A DNA stretch of 64,000 bases from Thermoanaerobaculia bacterium (GTDB taxonomy: Bacteria > Acidobacteriota > Thermoanaerobaculia > Gp7-AA8): NCBI GenBank assembly GCA_035468985.1, contig DATISF010000043.1:13590-77589 (forward strand), written 5' to 3'. The notes beneath the pieces were generated by a model. The model did no database searches. It was given only the letters and a program-made list of their open reading frames with translations, and had not been told where the DNA came from. A program made the translations under genes and the position numbers. This document shows positions 18,486-30,980 of the stretch, piece after piece (position 1 is the stretch's first letter; each line of letters opens with the position of its first letter).

Positions 18486-20834
18486 TTGACTTCCGACCTG
18501 AAAGCCCTCGAGTTCGATCGCGTCCTCACGCTCGTCGCCATGGAGGCCAAGAGCGCGCCGGGCAAAGCCGCGGTCGCGGGCCGGTGTCCCAACAGGTCCA
18601 TCGCCGAATGCGAGCTCGCTCAGTCACGGCTCGCGGAGATGTTGCGCTTCGTCCAGCGCGATGGCCTGCTCCCACTTGCCGGGCTGACCGACGTCGGATC
18701 TCTGTTCGCGCGAGAGACCGTTCTCGAGCTCGACGAAGCATGGCAGATCGTGCGCGCGGTGCGGGCCACACAGGCGATCCGCGAAACGTTCGTGCGGGGC
18801 GAGGACTACCCTCGACTCATCGAGCTCGGATCGGCCATTCCCGATCTCGGCGAGCTCGTTTCGAAGACGAGCAAGTTCTTCACCCGCGACGGCAAACTGA
18901 AGGAAGAGGCATCGGCGGAACTGCGCGCGATCCGGACCAAGATCCACGCCAAGCGCAACGCGATCCAGAAGCTGCTCAATGATGTGATGAATCGCAGCGG
19001 CGACGCCATCCAGGAAGCGCTGATCGTTCTGCGCGGCGACCGCTACTGCATCCCCGTCCGCGCCGATCATCGCAACGCGGTCCCCGGAATTCTCCACGAA
19101 CGCTCCGGCTCGGGCGCCTCGTTCTTCATCGAGCCGATGCCGGCCGTGGAGCTGAACAACGATCTGGCCGACCTTCTCATCCAGGAGCGCGAGGAGATCG
19201 CACGCATCACGCAGTACATCTCCGGGCTGCTCTTCGACGAAGGAGACGAGATTCGCGAGGCCGTGCGGGGCGCGGGCGAGTTCGATGCGCTGCAGGCTTG
19301 CGCGCTGTTCTCCGATGCAGTCCGAGGCACGCGTCCTCAGTTCTCGGACGGCGCGCTGCACATCGTCGAAGGGCGTCATCCTTTGCTCGACGAACGGCTC
19401 GCACCGGCGCGACAGGCTGCGTTCGAGGAAGAGCCGTCCGACAGGACCGTTGTGCCGATCACGATCGAGCTCGATCGCAACGCCTGCGCGCTGATCGTCA
19501 GCGGTCCGAATGCCGGCGGCAAGACCGTCGCGCTCAAGACCGCCGGCCTCCTCGTGGCCATGGCGATGAGCGGTCTCCCCGTTCCCGCCAACGACGGCAC
19601 CGTGATTCCCGTCGTCGACGCCCTGCACGTTCTCGTGGGCGACGATCAAAGCGTTCTCGAGCATCTCTCCACGTTCTCTGCGTATCTGGTCCGGCTGAAG
19701 CGAATCCTGGCCAAGGCCACGAAGAGGTCGCTCGTCCTGCTCGACGAGATCGGGTCGGGAACGGATCCCGAAGAAGGTGCCGCCCTCGCCGCCGCCACCA
19801 TCGAGCACTTCCTCGGCATCGGGGGACTGCTGATCGTGACCACGCATCTCTCGTCGCTCAAAGGATTCGCGGTCAAAGACAGCCACATCGTGAATGCCTC
19901 GATGGAGTTCGACTCGGCGACAGGCAAGCCGAACTATCGGCTGATCGTCGGCATCCCCGGCCGGAGCCGGGCCATCGACGTGGCGCAGATGATCGGCCTC
20001 CCCTCCTCCATCATCGCCGCGGCGCGCGAACGTCTCGGCGATCGCTACGCGGAGACTGACACGCTGCTCGCCGAGCTTCAGCGGCGCATGGGTGAGGTGC
20101 TCGCCCAGCGCGATGAGATCGAACGCATGCGCGTCGATCTCGAAACGGCGCAGAAGAAAGCCGCCGAGCAGGCCGCGAAGCTCGAGGCGGAGAGGTCGCG
20201 CGTCGGGGCCTCGTATCGTGAAGAGCTGGAGCGGCTGAAGGACGACGTCGCGCGGCAGGTCACCAACGAGATCAGGAATCTGCGCGAGACGCGAACGAAC
20301 ATCAACGCCCGCGAAGTGGTCTCGACCGTCATGAAACCGATCGAGGCGGCGATCGAGTTCGCCCCCGGCGAACAGGGCGAAGTGCACGTCGGCGACAGCG
20401 CCGAGCACCGCAGATTCAAGGTTACCGGCACCGTGATGTCGATCGACGGAAACAAAGCGGTTCTGAACGTCGGCGGAAAGAAGATGACCGTGGACGTGAA
20501 GGACCTGGCCGGCCGGGGAGCGCCGCGGGTCTCGCACGGCCACGGCGGCCGAGGACGGCCACCGCTCCACGGGACCGACGACATCGCACCCGTTTCCGCC
20601 GAGCTCAATCTCATCGGCCAGCGCGTCGACGATGCGCTCGAAGAATCGGACAAGTTCCTCGATCGCGCCCTGCTGGAAGGAAAACAGGCCGTGCGCATCA
20701 TCCACGGGTTCGGCACCGGCGTCTTGCGCAAGGCGATCCGCGAGCACCTGCGGAAGCATCCGGCCGTGAAGTCCTGGCGGCCGGGCGGCGAGAATGAAGG
20801 CGGCGACGGCGCGACGATCGCCGTCCTGGGTTAA
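18486..20834 (+). CDS. mutS2: endonuclease MutS2 (MutS domain III/V ATPase + C-terminal Smr)
   Basis: Walker A GPNAGGKT. C-terminal Smr LNLIGQRVDDALE...RIIHGFGTGVLRKAI. N-terminus LKALEFDRVL matches MutS2. Probable TTG start at 18486 (alternatives are CTG 18498 or a later ATG). Confidence 0.8.
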   Translation: MTSDLKALEFDRVLTLVAMEAKSAPGKAAVAGRCPNRSIAECELAQSRLAEMLRFVQRDGLLPLAGLTDVGSLFARETVLELDEAWQIVRAVRATQAIRETFVRGEDYPRLIELGSAIPDLGELVSKTSKFFTRDGKLKEEASAELRAIRTKIHAKRNAIQKLLNDVMNRSGDAIQEALIVLRGDRYCIPVRADHRNAVPGILHERSGSGASFFIEPMPAVELNNDLADLLIQEREEIARITQYISGLLFDEGDEIREAVRGAGEFDALQACALFSDAVRGTRPQFSDGALHIVEGRHPLLDERLAPARQAAFEEEPSDRTVVPITIELDRNACALIVSGPNAGGKTVALKTAGLLVAMAMSGLPVPANDGTVIPVVDALHVLVGDDQSVLEHLSTFSAYLVRLKRILAKATKRSLVLLDEIGSGTDPEEGAALAAATIEHFLGIGGLLIVTTHLSSLKGFAVKDSHIVNASMEFDSATGKPNYRLIVGIPGRSRAIDVAQMIGLPSSIIAAARERLGDRYAETDTLLAELQRRMGEVLAQRDEIERMRVDLETAQKKAAEQAAKLEAERSRVGASYREELERLKDDVARQVTNEIRNLRETRTNINAREVVSTVMKPIEAAIEFAPGEQGEVHVGDSAEHRRFKVTGTVMSIDGNKAVLNVGGKKMTVDVKDLAGRGAPRVSHGHGGRGRPPLHGTDDIAPVSAELNLIGQRVDDALEESDKFLDRALLEGKQAVRIIHGFGTGVLRKAIREHLRKHPAVKSWRPGGENEGGDGATIAVLG

Positions 20835-20885
20835 GGCTACTCTGAGGAGCGAGGCGACAAAGCGTCTATCGTTACACCGCGCCAC

Positions 20886-22688
20886 ATGCGGTTCAGCGCA
20901 TCGCCGTGTAACAGTAGATCTGTCGCTTCGCTCAGGATAGGGTTCGTGCCGCTCGTCGATCTCAACGATTCAATCATCGCTCAGGTGCGCCAGGCCGCCG
21001 ACCTGGTGGACATCGTCTCCCAGGTCACGCCGCTCAAGCTCGCCGGAAAGAGCTACAAGGGACTCTGCCCGTTTCATCGCGAGAAGACGCCCTCGTTCCA
21101 TGTCGACCGCGACAAGGGTCTGTTCTACTGCTTCGGCTGCGGCACCGGCGGCGACGTGTTCAAGTTCCTCACGCTGACGGAGCGCTTCACGTTTCCGGAA
21201 GCCGTCGAGCACGTTGCGGCGCGCGTCGGCATCGAGCTCCCCCGCCGCAAAACGCGGGGCACTCGCGAATCGGAGAAAGACGATCTCCTCGAAGTCATCG
21301 ATGACGCTTCCGAGGCGTTCCACCAGGCCCTCGGATTTCCGGACAACGCCGCTGCCCGGTACCTGCACGAGCGCGGCGTGGCCAAAGAGATCGTCACCAA
21401 GTACGGCTTCGGCTACGCACCCGATTCGTGGGACTACATCCTGCGCCGGCTCTCCGGAAAACACGGCGAGGCGAAACTCGAGAAAGCGGGATTGATCACT
21501 CCGCGCAAAGAGAAAACTGGTTACTACGATCGCTTCCGCAACCGGCTGATGATTCCGATTCACACGGAGACCGGCGCGCTCGCCGGCTTCGGCGGGCGCT
21601 CGCTCGACGACAGCGAACCGAAGTATCTGAACTCGCCGGAATCGGAGATCTTCAACAAGTCGCGCCTTCTGTACAACCTGCATCGCTCGAAAGACGCAAT
21701 GCGAAAGATCGATCGCGCCATTCTCGTCGAGGGCTACTTCGACGCGATCGCCATCGATCACAAAGGTGTGCCGGGAGTCGTGGCGTCGATGGGAACTTCG
21801 CTGACCTCGGGCCAGGCATCGCTGCTCCGCCGATTCACGCGACGCGTCGTGATCTGTTATGACGGCGATGACGCCGGCCGCCACGCCACGCTTCGCGCCG
21901 CGCCGGTGCTGCTCTCCGCCGGATTGCACGTCGAAGTGCTCGATCTCATGGGCGAGAAGGATCCCGACACGCTCGTCCAGAAGCACGGCGTCGATCGTTT
22001 TCTCGAGCTCCTCGGCAGCGCGACCGACATCTTCCAGTTCGGGATCAAGGAGTGGGCCACCGGAGTTGCACAACTTTCGGGCAGGGAGAAATCGGAGCGA
22101 GTCGAGCACTTCGTACCGCTGCTCGGTGCGGTCACCGATCCGGTGGTGCGCAACGATGCCGCGCAGCGCATCGCCGATGCGTTCCATCTCGAGTTCGATG
22201 TCGTCTGGTCACGCGTGCGCGGAAAAGCGCAGGGTGGGCCGGCCGAGCGCCAGGTCTCGGCGCCCACAAACTCGGCAGAGAAGGTGATCCTCGCGGCGAT
22301 GTTACAGGGGAGGCTTCAGGCGAGTGTCGCGGAACGTGTGCACGAGGAATTGTTCGAGGACGCGGCGTGCAGAACGCTGTTTTCTATCATAAAAAGTGAC
22401 GTCGCGGCGGGGAAACCTATTGATTTCGGCGAGGTACAGACCCATCTTAGGGGCGAGGCCGAGCTTACCCTGCTCTCAGAGTTAACACTCAGGGACGATG
22501 TCGACGACCAAACCCTCCAGCGCATTGACCAGAATCTGCGTCCCCTGGAGCGAAGTTATCTTGAGCGTCGCAAATCACAGATCCAGCGAGAGATCACAGA
22601 AGCGGAGCGTAGCGGAGACTTCAGCCGCGTTCGCGAGCTCGACCGAGAGAAACTCGAAGTCTCCCGTATGTTGAGTGCACTGAAATAA
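20886..22688 (+). CDS. dnaG: DNA primase DnaG
   Basis: CHC2 zinc finger CPFHREKTPSFHV...CFGCGTGGDVFKF. Toprim region. The start may instead be the GTG near 20945 (VPLVDLNDSIIAQV...). Confidence 0.85.
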   Translation: MRFSASPCNSRSVASLRIGFVPLVDLNDSIIAQVRQAADLVDIVSQVTPLKLAGKSYKGLCPFHREKTPSFHVDRDKGLFYCFGCGTGGDVFKFLTLTERFTFPEAVEHVAARVGIELPRRKTRGTRESEKDDLLEVIDDASEAFHQALGFPDNAAARYLHERGVAKEIVTKYGFGYAPDSWDYILRRLSGKHGEAKLEKAGLITPRKEKTGYYDRFRNRLMIPIHTETGALAGFGGRSLDDSEPKYLNSPESEIFNKSRLLYNLHRSKDAMRKIDRAILVEGYFDAIAIDHKGVPGVVASMGTSLTSGQASLLRRFTRRVVICYDGDDAGRHATLRAAPVLLSAGLHVEVLDLMGEKDPDTLVQKHGVDRFLELLGSATDIFQFGIKEWATGVAQLSGREKSERVEHFVPLLGAVTDPVVRNDAAQRIADAFHLEFDVVWSRVRGKAQGGPAERQVSAPTNSAEKVILAAMLQGRLQASVAERVHEELFEDAACRTLFSIIKSDVAAGKPIDFGEVQTHLRGEAELTLLSELTLRDDVDDQTLQRIDQNLRPLERSYLERRKSQIQREITEAERSGDFSRVRELDREKLEVSRMLSALK

Positions 22689-22787
22689 TTATCGTCCCCC
22701 AAAGATTACGTGAGTGTCCTCGAAACGGTACTCGAGGCACCGCGGGTACTCGAAAACCGCTGCCCAGTTGAGGAGCCGAAAACCACT

Positions 22788-24621
<1,834 letters not shown>

Positions 24622-24635
<14 letters not shown>

Positions 24636-25356
24636 GCTCACCAAAGGGCGGCCCACAGTGGCCGCCCTTCTTCTTGTTGCGGTTTGTGGAGCGGCGGCCG
24701 TCTCGGCCGCCGACTCGCCGCGCGCCAACGCGCGGCGCTCCACGCCTTACCACGTCCAGCTCGAGGCCTACCCTGCCGCGCCCTTCCCGTTCTTCAGCAA
24801 GTTCGGAACGGTGACGCTCGACGTCTACAGCGGCGGCGTTCACGCCGAAAGTTTCTGGCTCAGCGGCTTCACCCGGAACGGCTCGAAAACCATCACCGTG
24901 CAGAACCCGGTGTCGCGGATGTACACCGACGTGCCGATCGCCGATGTGAACTCGATCGTCGCGAAACTCGCGGGCGGCGATCAGACCGCGGGCACCGTTC
25001 CGCCGGTGATGCCTCCCGTTCCCGGCAAGGTTGCGGGAGTGGCGGCGAATCGCTACCGCATCGTCTACGGACCCGCCGCGTGGATCGACGTCTGGACTGC
25101 ACCGCAGATCACTGTGAATCCGCAGCTCCGCGCCATCGTCGACGGTCTCGTCAACGGAATTTCCCCTGGCACCGCAACAGCGGCGCGGGGCATTCCGGGA
25201 ACCCCGATCTACGTCGAGCTGAACTTCCGCCGTTTCAAGAAAGTCCCTCTCGTGCGGCTGAAGGCGCTGACCAAAGACAACTCCGGCGAAGCGGACGCGC
25301 TGAAAGTCGGCTCGTTTTACTTCAAGGCCCCACTGCTCGACGCGATCTGGCGGTAA
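24622..25356 (+). CDS. secreted hypothetical protein
   Basis: Signal peptide [32 protein letters not shown]. 244 aa. ATG overlaps the last codons of rpoD. Confidence 0.45.
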
Positions 25357-25361
25357 CGCGA

Positions 25362-25391
25362 CGTTCCAACCTTGACCATCGCCGCGTCAAA
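25362..25391 (+). promoter_or_regulatory. candidate sigma-70-type promoter for the TonB-dependent receptor gene
   Basis: TTGACC - 18 nt - GACAAT, located ~50 bp upstream of the ATG at 25443. Confidence 0.25.
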
Positions 25392-25442
25392 GCGGGACAA
25401 TCCGGCCTCATCAATTCATCGTTAGAGTGGAGGGGGCCAGCC

Positions 25443-27914
25443 ATGAAACGCCTTGTGTCCCGGATTTCCCTGTTCATCGTCGTTCTTTCTCTCGCCATCC
25501 CTGCCCTGCCGCTGCTCGCCCAGCAATCCCAGACACCTCCGGAAAAGAAGACCTCCGACGAAAAGAAAGCCGAGGAGGAGAAGAAGCCGAAGGTGACCGA
25601 GGAGATGGTGGTCACCGCGCGCAAGCGCGAGGAAACCGTGCAGGAGGTGCCGATCTCGGTCGCCGCGCCGACCGAATCCGATCTCCGCGATCGCGGCGCC
25701 GAAACGATCGAAGACGTTGCGCAGAACGTCGCCGGCTTCACGGTCCAGAACCTCGGACCGGGCCAGAGCCAGGTGGCCATGCGCGGCGTGTCGTCGGGAC
25801 AGATCGTCCGCGACCAGCCGGGAGTCAAAGAGCAGGTCGGCGTCTACCTCGACGAGTCGGTGATTTCGCTCTCGCTTTTCACACCCGACCTCGACCTGTT
25901 CGACCTGTCCCGCGTGGAAATTCTCCGCGGACCGCAAGGCACGCTGTTCGGCTCGGGTTCGGAGTCGGGAACGGTTCGCTACATCACGAACCAGCCGAAG
26001 ATCGGCTCATCCGAGTCGGTCGCCGAAGCCACGCTCGAGTCGATCAACAACGGCGGCGTGGGCGGAAGTGTCAAGGGCGCGTTCAACGTGCCGATGGGAC
26101 CGACGAGCGCGATGCGTGCCGTCGCCTACTACACGCGCTATGGCGGCTTCATCGACGCGGTTCAACCCAATCTCAGCGTGAAGGATCACGTCAACAACGG
26201 CTATCGCGCCGGTACGCGCGTGGGCTTCCTCTTCAAACCGAACGACAACCTGAGCCTCACGCCGCGAATCCTCTATCAGAAACTCGACATGAACGGATGG
26301 AACCGCATCGACGTGTTCAACATCCTGGGGAACCCGTACACGACGACGCGGCCCGCCGTGCAGCTCGGCGATCACCGCCAGTTCACCCAGATCAAGGAGC
26401 CGACCACGGACAAGTTCTGGCTCGGCGACTTCAACTTGTCCTACAACCTCAGCAAGACCAAGACGCTGACGTCGGTAACCTCGTACAGCGACCGCGACAT
26501 CCTGGTCATCCGCGATGCCGGAGCTCTGACGTCGAGCATCACCGGCGGTTCGATCGGTTTGCCTGCGGCCGTCTACACGCTCGATTCGCCGCTCGATGAC
26601 GCCACGAAAGCGAAATCGTTCACGGAAGAAATCCGGCTCTCCGGGTCCGACGCGAAACTGCAGTGGGTCGGCGGCGGGTTCTACGCCCAGAACAAGCGGC
26701 ACTACGGCCAGAACCTCCCGGTGATCGGATTCACGCAGCTCAGCGGGATTCCGACTGCCGGAACGAAGCTGGCGAAGACCGACGAGCTTTACAAGTCGGA
26801 CCTGCATTACACGCTGAAGCAGAGCGCGCTGTTCGGCGAGGCCACGTACTCCGTCACCGATCGGTTCGATCTCACTGGCGGCCTGCGTTGGTACGACTTC
26901 AAGGAAGACCGCACGCAGGTCTTCGACGGAATCTTCTCCGATCCGAATGACAGCGTCGGTTCCACGAAAGCGCACGGATTCGCGCCGCGCCTCATGGCCA
27001 ATTTCAAGGTCAACGATGCGAGCCGCCTCTACGCGCAGGCCTCGAAAGGCTTCCGCCTCGGCGGCATCAACGATCCGCTCCTGGTTCCGCTCTGCACGCC
27101 GCAGGATCTCGTGACCTTCAGCGGGCATCCCGACTGGAAGGACGAGACGCTGTGGAACTACGAGGTCGGCTCGAAGAACACGGTGATGGGCGGCAACGGG
27201 TCGGTGAATGTCGCCGCCTTCTACTCCAACATCAAGGACCTCCAGGCGACGGTCACGGCCGGATCATGCTCTTCGCGTCTGATCCTCAGCGTCCCGAAAG
27301 CACGCAGCACGGGCGCCGAGATCGAAGTCGACCTGCATCCGAGCCAGATGTTCGACTTCTCCGTTTCGGCGAGCCATACGGATTCGAAGCTCCAGTCGAC
27401 GGTCACCGCTCCCGGCCCGAACAACACCCGCACCATCGTGTCCGGCATCCGCAGCGGCGCCCGCATGCCGACCGTGCCGCAGAATCAGGCTTCCGCGGCG
27501 GCCACCTATCACTGGATGGCTCCGAACAACTGGGCCGGCTACCTGACCGGAACGTACCAGTTCGTCGGCGACCGCTTCACGCAGATCGGAGATGAGGACC
27601 TCACCTGCATCAGCGGCGGCACCGGAACCTGTCCGGCGGCGACTCTCTACCTCGACTCGTTCGGAAAGAACACGATCGGCGGTCCGCTGACGCAGAACAC
27701 CTTCCAGTTCAATCCGAAACTGCCGTCGTACAACATCGTCAACCTCCGCGTGGGCGTTCTGCGCGGAAAGTGGGACACGGCGGTGTTCGTCAACAACGTG
27801 ACCAACGAAACGGCGTACCTCTCGCTCGATCGCGAGCGCGGATTCCGCGGCCGCGTCGCGTTCCTGACCAACCAGCCCAGGACCATCGGAGTGACCACGC
27901 GGATGAACTTCTGA
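25443..27914 (+). CDS. TonB-dependent outer-membrane receptor
   Basis: Signal peptide, Lys/Glu-rich linker. Plug domain (MVVTARKREE...VPISV). Long beta-barrel ending in a terminal Phe (TTRMNF). GGAGGGGG SD upstream. Confidence 0.85.
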   Translation: MKRLVSRISLFIVVLSLAIPALPLLAQQSQTPPEKKTSDEKKAEEEKKPKVTEEMVVTARKREETVQEVPISVAAPTESDLRDRGAETIEDVAQNVAGFTVQNLGPGQSQVAMRGVSSGQIVRDQPGVKEQVGVYLDESVISLSLFTPDLDLFDLSRVEILRGPQGTLFGSGSESGTVRYITNQPKIGSSESVAEATLESINNGGVGGSVKGAFNVPMGPTSAMRAVAYYTRYGGFIDAVQPNLSVKDHVNNGYRAGTRVGFLFKPNDNLSLTPRILYQKLDMNGWNRIDVFNILGNPYTTTRPAVQLGDHRQFTQIKEPTTDKFWLGDFNLSYNLSKTKTLTSVTSYSDRDILVIRDAGALTSSITGGSIGLPAAVYTLDSPLDDATKAKSFTEEIRLSGSDAKLQWVGGGFYAQNKRHYGQNLPVIGFTQLSGIPTAGTKLAKTDELYKSDLHYTLKQSALFGEATYSVTDRFDLTGGLRWYDFKEDRTQVFDGIFSDPNDSVGSTKAHGFAPRLMANFKVNDASRLYAQASKGFRLGGINDPLLVPLCTPQDLVTFSGHPDWKDETLWNYEVGSKNTVMGGNGSVNVAAFYSNIKDLQATVTAGSCSSRLILSVPKARSTGAEIEVDLHPSQMFDFSVSASHTDSKLQSTVTAPGPNNTRTIVSGIRSGARMPTVPQNQASAAATYHWMAPNNWAGYLTGTYQFVGDRFTQIGDEDLTCISGGTGTCPAATLYLDSFGKNTIGGPLTQNTFQFNPKLPSYNIVNLRVGVLRGKWDTAVFVNNVTNETAYLSLDRERGFRGRVAFLTNQPRTIGVTTRMNF

Positions 27915-29167
27915 TGTCCGTTACCCGGCGGCGATTCATCGCGAGCGTCGCGGCGGTGCCCTTCGCGGCCCGCCTCGACGCTCAATCCCTTCTCGGTTCC
28001 AAGCCCCGCGTGGCCGTCATCGGCGCGGGCGCTTTCGGCGGCTGGACGGCGCTCGAGCTGCGCAAGCTCGGCGCCGACGTCGTCCTCGTCGACGCCTGGG
28101 GACCTGGCAACTCGCTGTCCAGCTCCGGCGGCAAGACGCGCGTGATCCGGGCGATCTACGGCCCGGACCGCATCTACTCCGAGATGGTCAAGCGCGCGTT
28201 CGAGCTCTGGAAGACCGTCGATACGTCGCAGGACGATCCGCTTTATGTCGAGATGGGCGCGCTGTGGATGCATCGCGGCGACGACACCTACGTCCGCGAC
28301 TCCGTCCCCATCCTCCACGACCTCGGATTTGAAGTCGATCAGATGACGGTGGCCGAAGCTGCGAAGAAGTATCCGCAGATCGACTTCAACGGCGTGAAAT
28401 CCGTCTGGCTCGAGAAGAAGGCCGGCGCGCTCTCGGCGCGTCACGCCTGTGTGGTCGTCCGCGATGCCTTCGAGAAAGCCGGTGGACGGTATCGCCAGTC
28501 ATCGGTCAAGCCCGGCACCATCGCCAGCGGAAAGATGTCCGCCGTCCGGCTCCAGGACGGATCCAAAGTGGACGCGGACGTGTACGTGTTCGCCTGCGGC
28601 CCGTGGCTCGGCAAGCTGTTCCCGGACGTGATCGGCGATCGCGTTCACCCGACGCGGCAAGAGGTCTACTACTTCGCGACGCCGAAAGGCTCGGAGCGGT
28701 ACGCGTCGAGCCGCCTTCCGATCTGGATCGACTTCGGAAAACGGATCGTCTACGGAATTCCCGACGTGAACGGGAAGTGGCTCAAGGTCGCCGACGACAC
28801 GCGCGGCGAACCGATCGATCCGACCACGGCCGACCGTCATCCGAAGAAAGAGAAGATCGAGAGCGCGCGGCAATTTCTCGCGGAACGGTTTCCGGAGATC
28901 GCGAAACAGCCGCTCCTCTCCGCCGAGGTCTGCCAGTACGAGAACAGTCCGGACGGGAACCTGATCGTCGATCGCCATCCGAGCGCCAGCAACGTCTGGC
29001 TGCTCGGCGGCGGATCCGGCCACGGCTTCAAACTCTCGCCGGTGGTCGGAGAGATGACCGCTCAGGCCATCGTGTCGGGGAAAGAAGTGCCGGCCGTCTT
29101 CCAACTCGAGCGGCTGCGCGACATCGCCAAGCCGAAGACGCAGTTCGACATCAAGAAGAGCTCCTGA
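27914..29167 (+). CDS. Tat-exported FAD-dependent oxidoreductase (DAO/sarcosine-oxidase-like)
   Basis: Twin-arginine motif MSVTRRRFIASVAAVPF. Rossmann VAVIGAGAFGGW. ATG overlaps the TGA of the receptor gene (TGATG). Confidence 0.7.
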   Translation: MSVTRRRFIASVAAVPFAARLDAQSLLGSKPRVAVIGAGAFGGWTALELRKLGADVVLVDAWGPGNSLSSSGGKTRVIRAIYGPDRIYSEMVKRAFELWKTVDTSQDDPLYVEMGALWMHRGDDTYVRDSVPILHDLGFEVDQMTVAEAAKKYPQIDFNGVKSVWLEKKAGALSARHACVVVRDAFEKAGGRYRQSSVKPGTIASGKMSAVRLQDGSKVDADVYVFACGPWLGKLFPDVIGDRVHPTRQEVYYFATPKGSERYASSRLPIWIDFGKRIVYGIPDVNGKWLKVADDTRGEPIDPTTADRHPKKEKIESARQFLAERFPEIAKQPLLSAEVCQYENSPDGNLIVDRHPSASNVWLLGGGSGHGFKLSPVVGEMTAQAIVSGKEVPAVFQLERLRDIAKPKTQFDIKKSS

Positions 29168-29639
29168 CCATTACCCGGTCGGTCTGCAGATCGCTTCCGA
29201 GGAGGAAGGGCTGGCTGCCGGCGTCGCGGAAGCCGCATTTCGCGTAGAAAGCGATGGCGCGATCATTGCGCTCCCATACGCCGAGCCAGATGCTTTTCGC
29301 TCCGAGAGCAGCCGACGCCTCGATGACTTCGCGCATCAGCGCCTGCGCAACGCCGCCTCCCTGCCACGGACGATCGACATAGAAACGTGCGATCTCGACC
29401 GTGTCCTGCCCGCATCTCAACTGCGCGAACGCGGCAAACCGTCCGGAGCTCTCGGCCAGGAGTGTCACGATCGCCGGATCTTCGATCTCGCGCCGCTGGA
29501 TCTCTTCGCCGTAGGTGCGCGCCAGAAACGCGGCGACGTCTTCGGGACGATTCGCCGCGCCGAACGTGTCCTCGAACGTGCGCGCGCCGAACGCGGCCAG
29601 CGCGGCGGCGTCCGCGGCCACGGCCCGGCGGAACGTCAG
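29151..29639 (-). CDS. GNAT-family N-acetyltransferase
   Basis: LTFRRAVAADAAALAAF... with a coenzyme-A binding stretch RPWQGGGVAQALM. No ATG/GTG at the domain start. Best candidate is CTG at 29639 overlapping the upstream stop (CTGA). Confidence 0.45.
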   Translation of the reverse strand: MTFRRAVAADAAALAAFGARTFEDTFGAANRPEDVAAFLARTYGEEIQRREIEDPAIVTLLAESSGRFAAFAQLRCGQDTVEIARFYVDRPWQGGGVAQALMREVIEASAALGAKSIWLGVWERNDRAIAFYAKCGFRDAGSQPFLLGSDLQTDRVMVRSSS

Positions 29640-30079
29640 TCCTGCTCGAGTTGCGGATTGCCGTCGATGAATTTCAGATTGAATTTGAACGTCCCGATTC
29701 TCCACTCTTCGCCGTGCTTTCGAAGATCGAAATCGTAGCTGCCGACGAACGCACGCGTGTTCCGCCCCGATTTCGTCTCGCGGTAGTGGTACGCGATCGC
29801 GTAACAGAAGGCATGCGCCGATGTGCCTTTCACGTCGATGATGAAGTTTCCGGCCTGGTGATGGACGTGTTTGATCGGCTCCAGCCCGGCGTCCCATCCG
29901 TCAGCGATCTGCTGCGGCGTCAGCGTGGTCGCCTGACCGCCGGTGAGCGAAGTCATGTCGAAGAGCACGTGACGCTCGAAGCAGTTCTTGACCGATTCCC
30001 AGTCGCGGCGGTCGGTGCCGACGAACAGCCGAGTGACCACGTCGACGATCTTCTGCCGCTCATCCATGGGAGGCAGCAT
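29636..30079 (-). CDS. SnoaL/NTF2-like fold protein
   Basis: 147 aa with the alpha+beta cone pattern (DVVTRLFVG...DWESV...F..D) typical of the NTF2-like superfamily. Confidence 0.5.
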   Translation of the reverse strand: MLPPMDERQKIVDVVTRLFVGTDRRDWESVKNCFERHVLFDMTSLTGGQATTLTPQQIADGWDAGLEPIKHVHHQAGNFIIDVKGTSAHAFCYAIAYHYRETKSGRNTRAFVGSYDFDLRKHGEEWRIGTFKFNLKFIDGNPQLEQD

Positions 30080-30089
30080 ACCGGAACGG

Positions 30090-30971
30090 TCAGCCGGCCA
30101 GCATGCGGCGCGTGAAGTCGCGCACGGACGTCAACTTCACCGGGAAGACGGCGAGCGTCTTCTTCATGTCGATCTTGTCGCCGCCGGCGATTCCGAGCGT
30201 CAGCGCGGCGAAGGTCTTCTGAATCTCGTCCGTCGCTGAGGCGAACTGCTGCGCGAGCGCTTCCTTCGGAACGCGCGTGACCTCGAATTGCGCGCCGGTC
30301 TCCTGCTCGAACATCTTCACCACATCGTTCGGCGCGATCGCCTCGGGCCCGCCGAGCTCGATCGTCTGGTTCACGGCGCGATCGCTTTTCGCCGCGAGCA
30401 CCGCGAATTCCGCGACATCCGAAATCGAGATGTAACTGACCGGCGCGTCGCCGGTGCCGAAGATCTGGGCCTTCCGGTTCCGCAGGTCGAATCCCATCAT
30501 CGGCGAGAGCCAGATTTCCATGAAGCAGCTCGGACGGAGGATCGTGTACGCGAGGCCGCTCTGGCGAAGCGTCTCTTCCACCGTCCGCTTGGCACGATGG
30601 AGGCTCGACTGGCCTTCCAGGTTTCCCGAAAACGAGACGAGCACGAATCTTTTCACGCGGTTCGCGCGCGAGGCTTCGATCAGATTGATCTGCCCGTCGC
30701 GGTCGGTCTTGTCGAGCGAATCGTGCGACTGGCGCGAGGCGATCGCCGTGGCCGTCGAGATCACGGTATCGATCCCGCGACACGCCCGGTCGAGTGAAGC
30801 CTTGTCCTGAAGATCGCCCGTGACGATCTCACAGCCGAGGCTCTTCAGACCTTCGACTTTCGCGGGATCGGAGGTCTTGCGCACCAGCGCGCGGACAGCC
30901 TCACCTTTCGCACGGAGACGGCGGCAGATCTCGGAACCGAGCCACCCGGTGCCACCGACAACAAGGTCCAT
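30090..30971 (-). CDS. NmrA-like / atypical SDR NAD(P)-binding protein
   Basis: N-terminal VVGGTGWLGSEICRRL Rossmann motif. 293 aa. Confidence 0.7.
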   Translation of the reverse strand: MDLVVGGTGWLGSEICRRLRAKGEAVRALVRKTSDPAKVEGLKSLGCEIVTGDLQDKASLDRACRGIDTVISTATAIASRQSHDSLDKTDRDGQINLIEASRANRVKRFVLVSFSGNLEGQSSLHRAKRTVEETLRQSGLAYTILRPSCFMEIWLSPMMGFDLRNRKAQIFGTGDAPVSYISISDVAEFAVLAAKSDRAVNQTIELGGPEAIAPNDVVKMFEQETGAQFEVTRVPKEALAQQFASATDEIQKTFAALTLGIAGGDKIDMKKTLAVFPVKLTSVRDFTRRMLAG

Positions 30972-30980
30972 GATCTCTCC

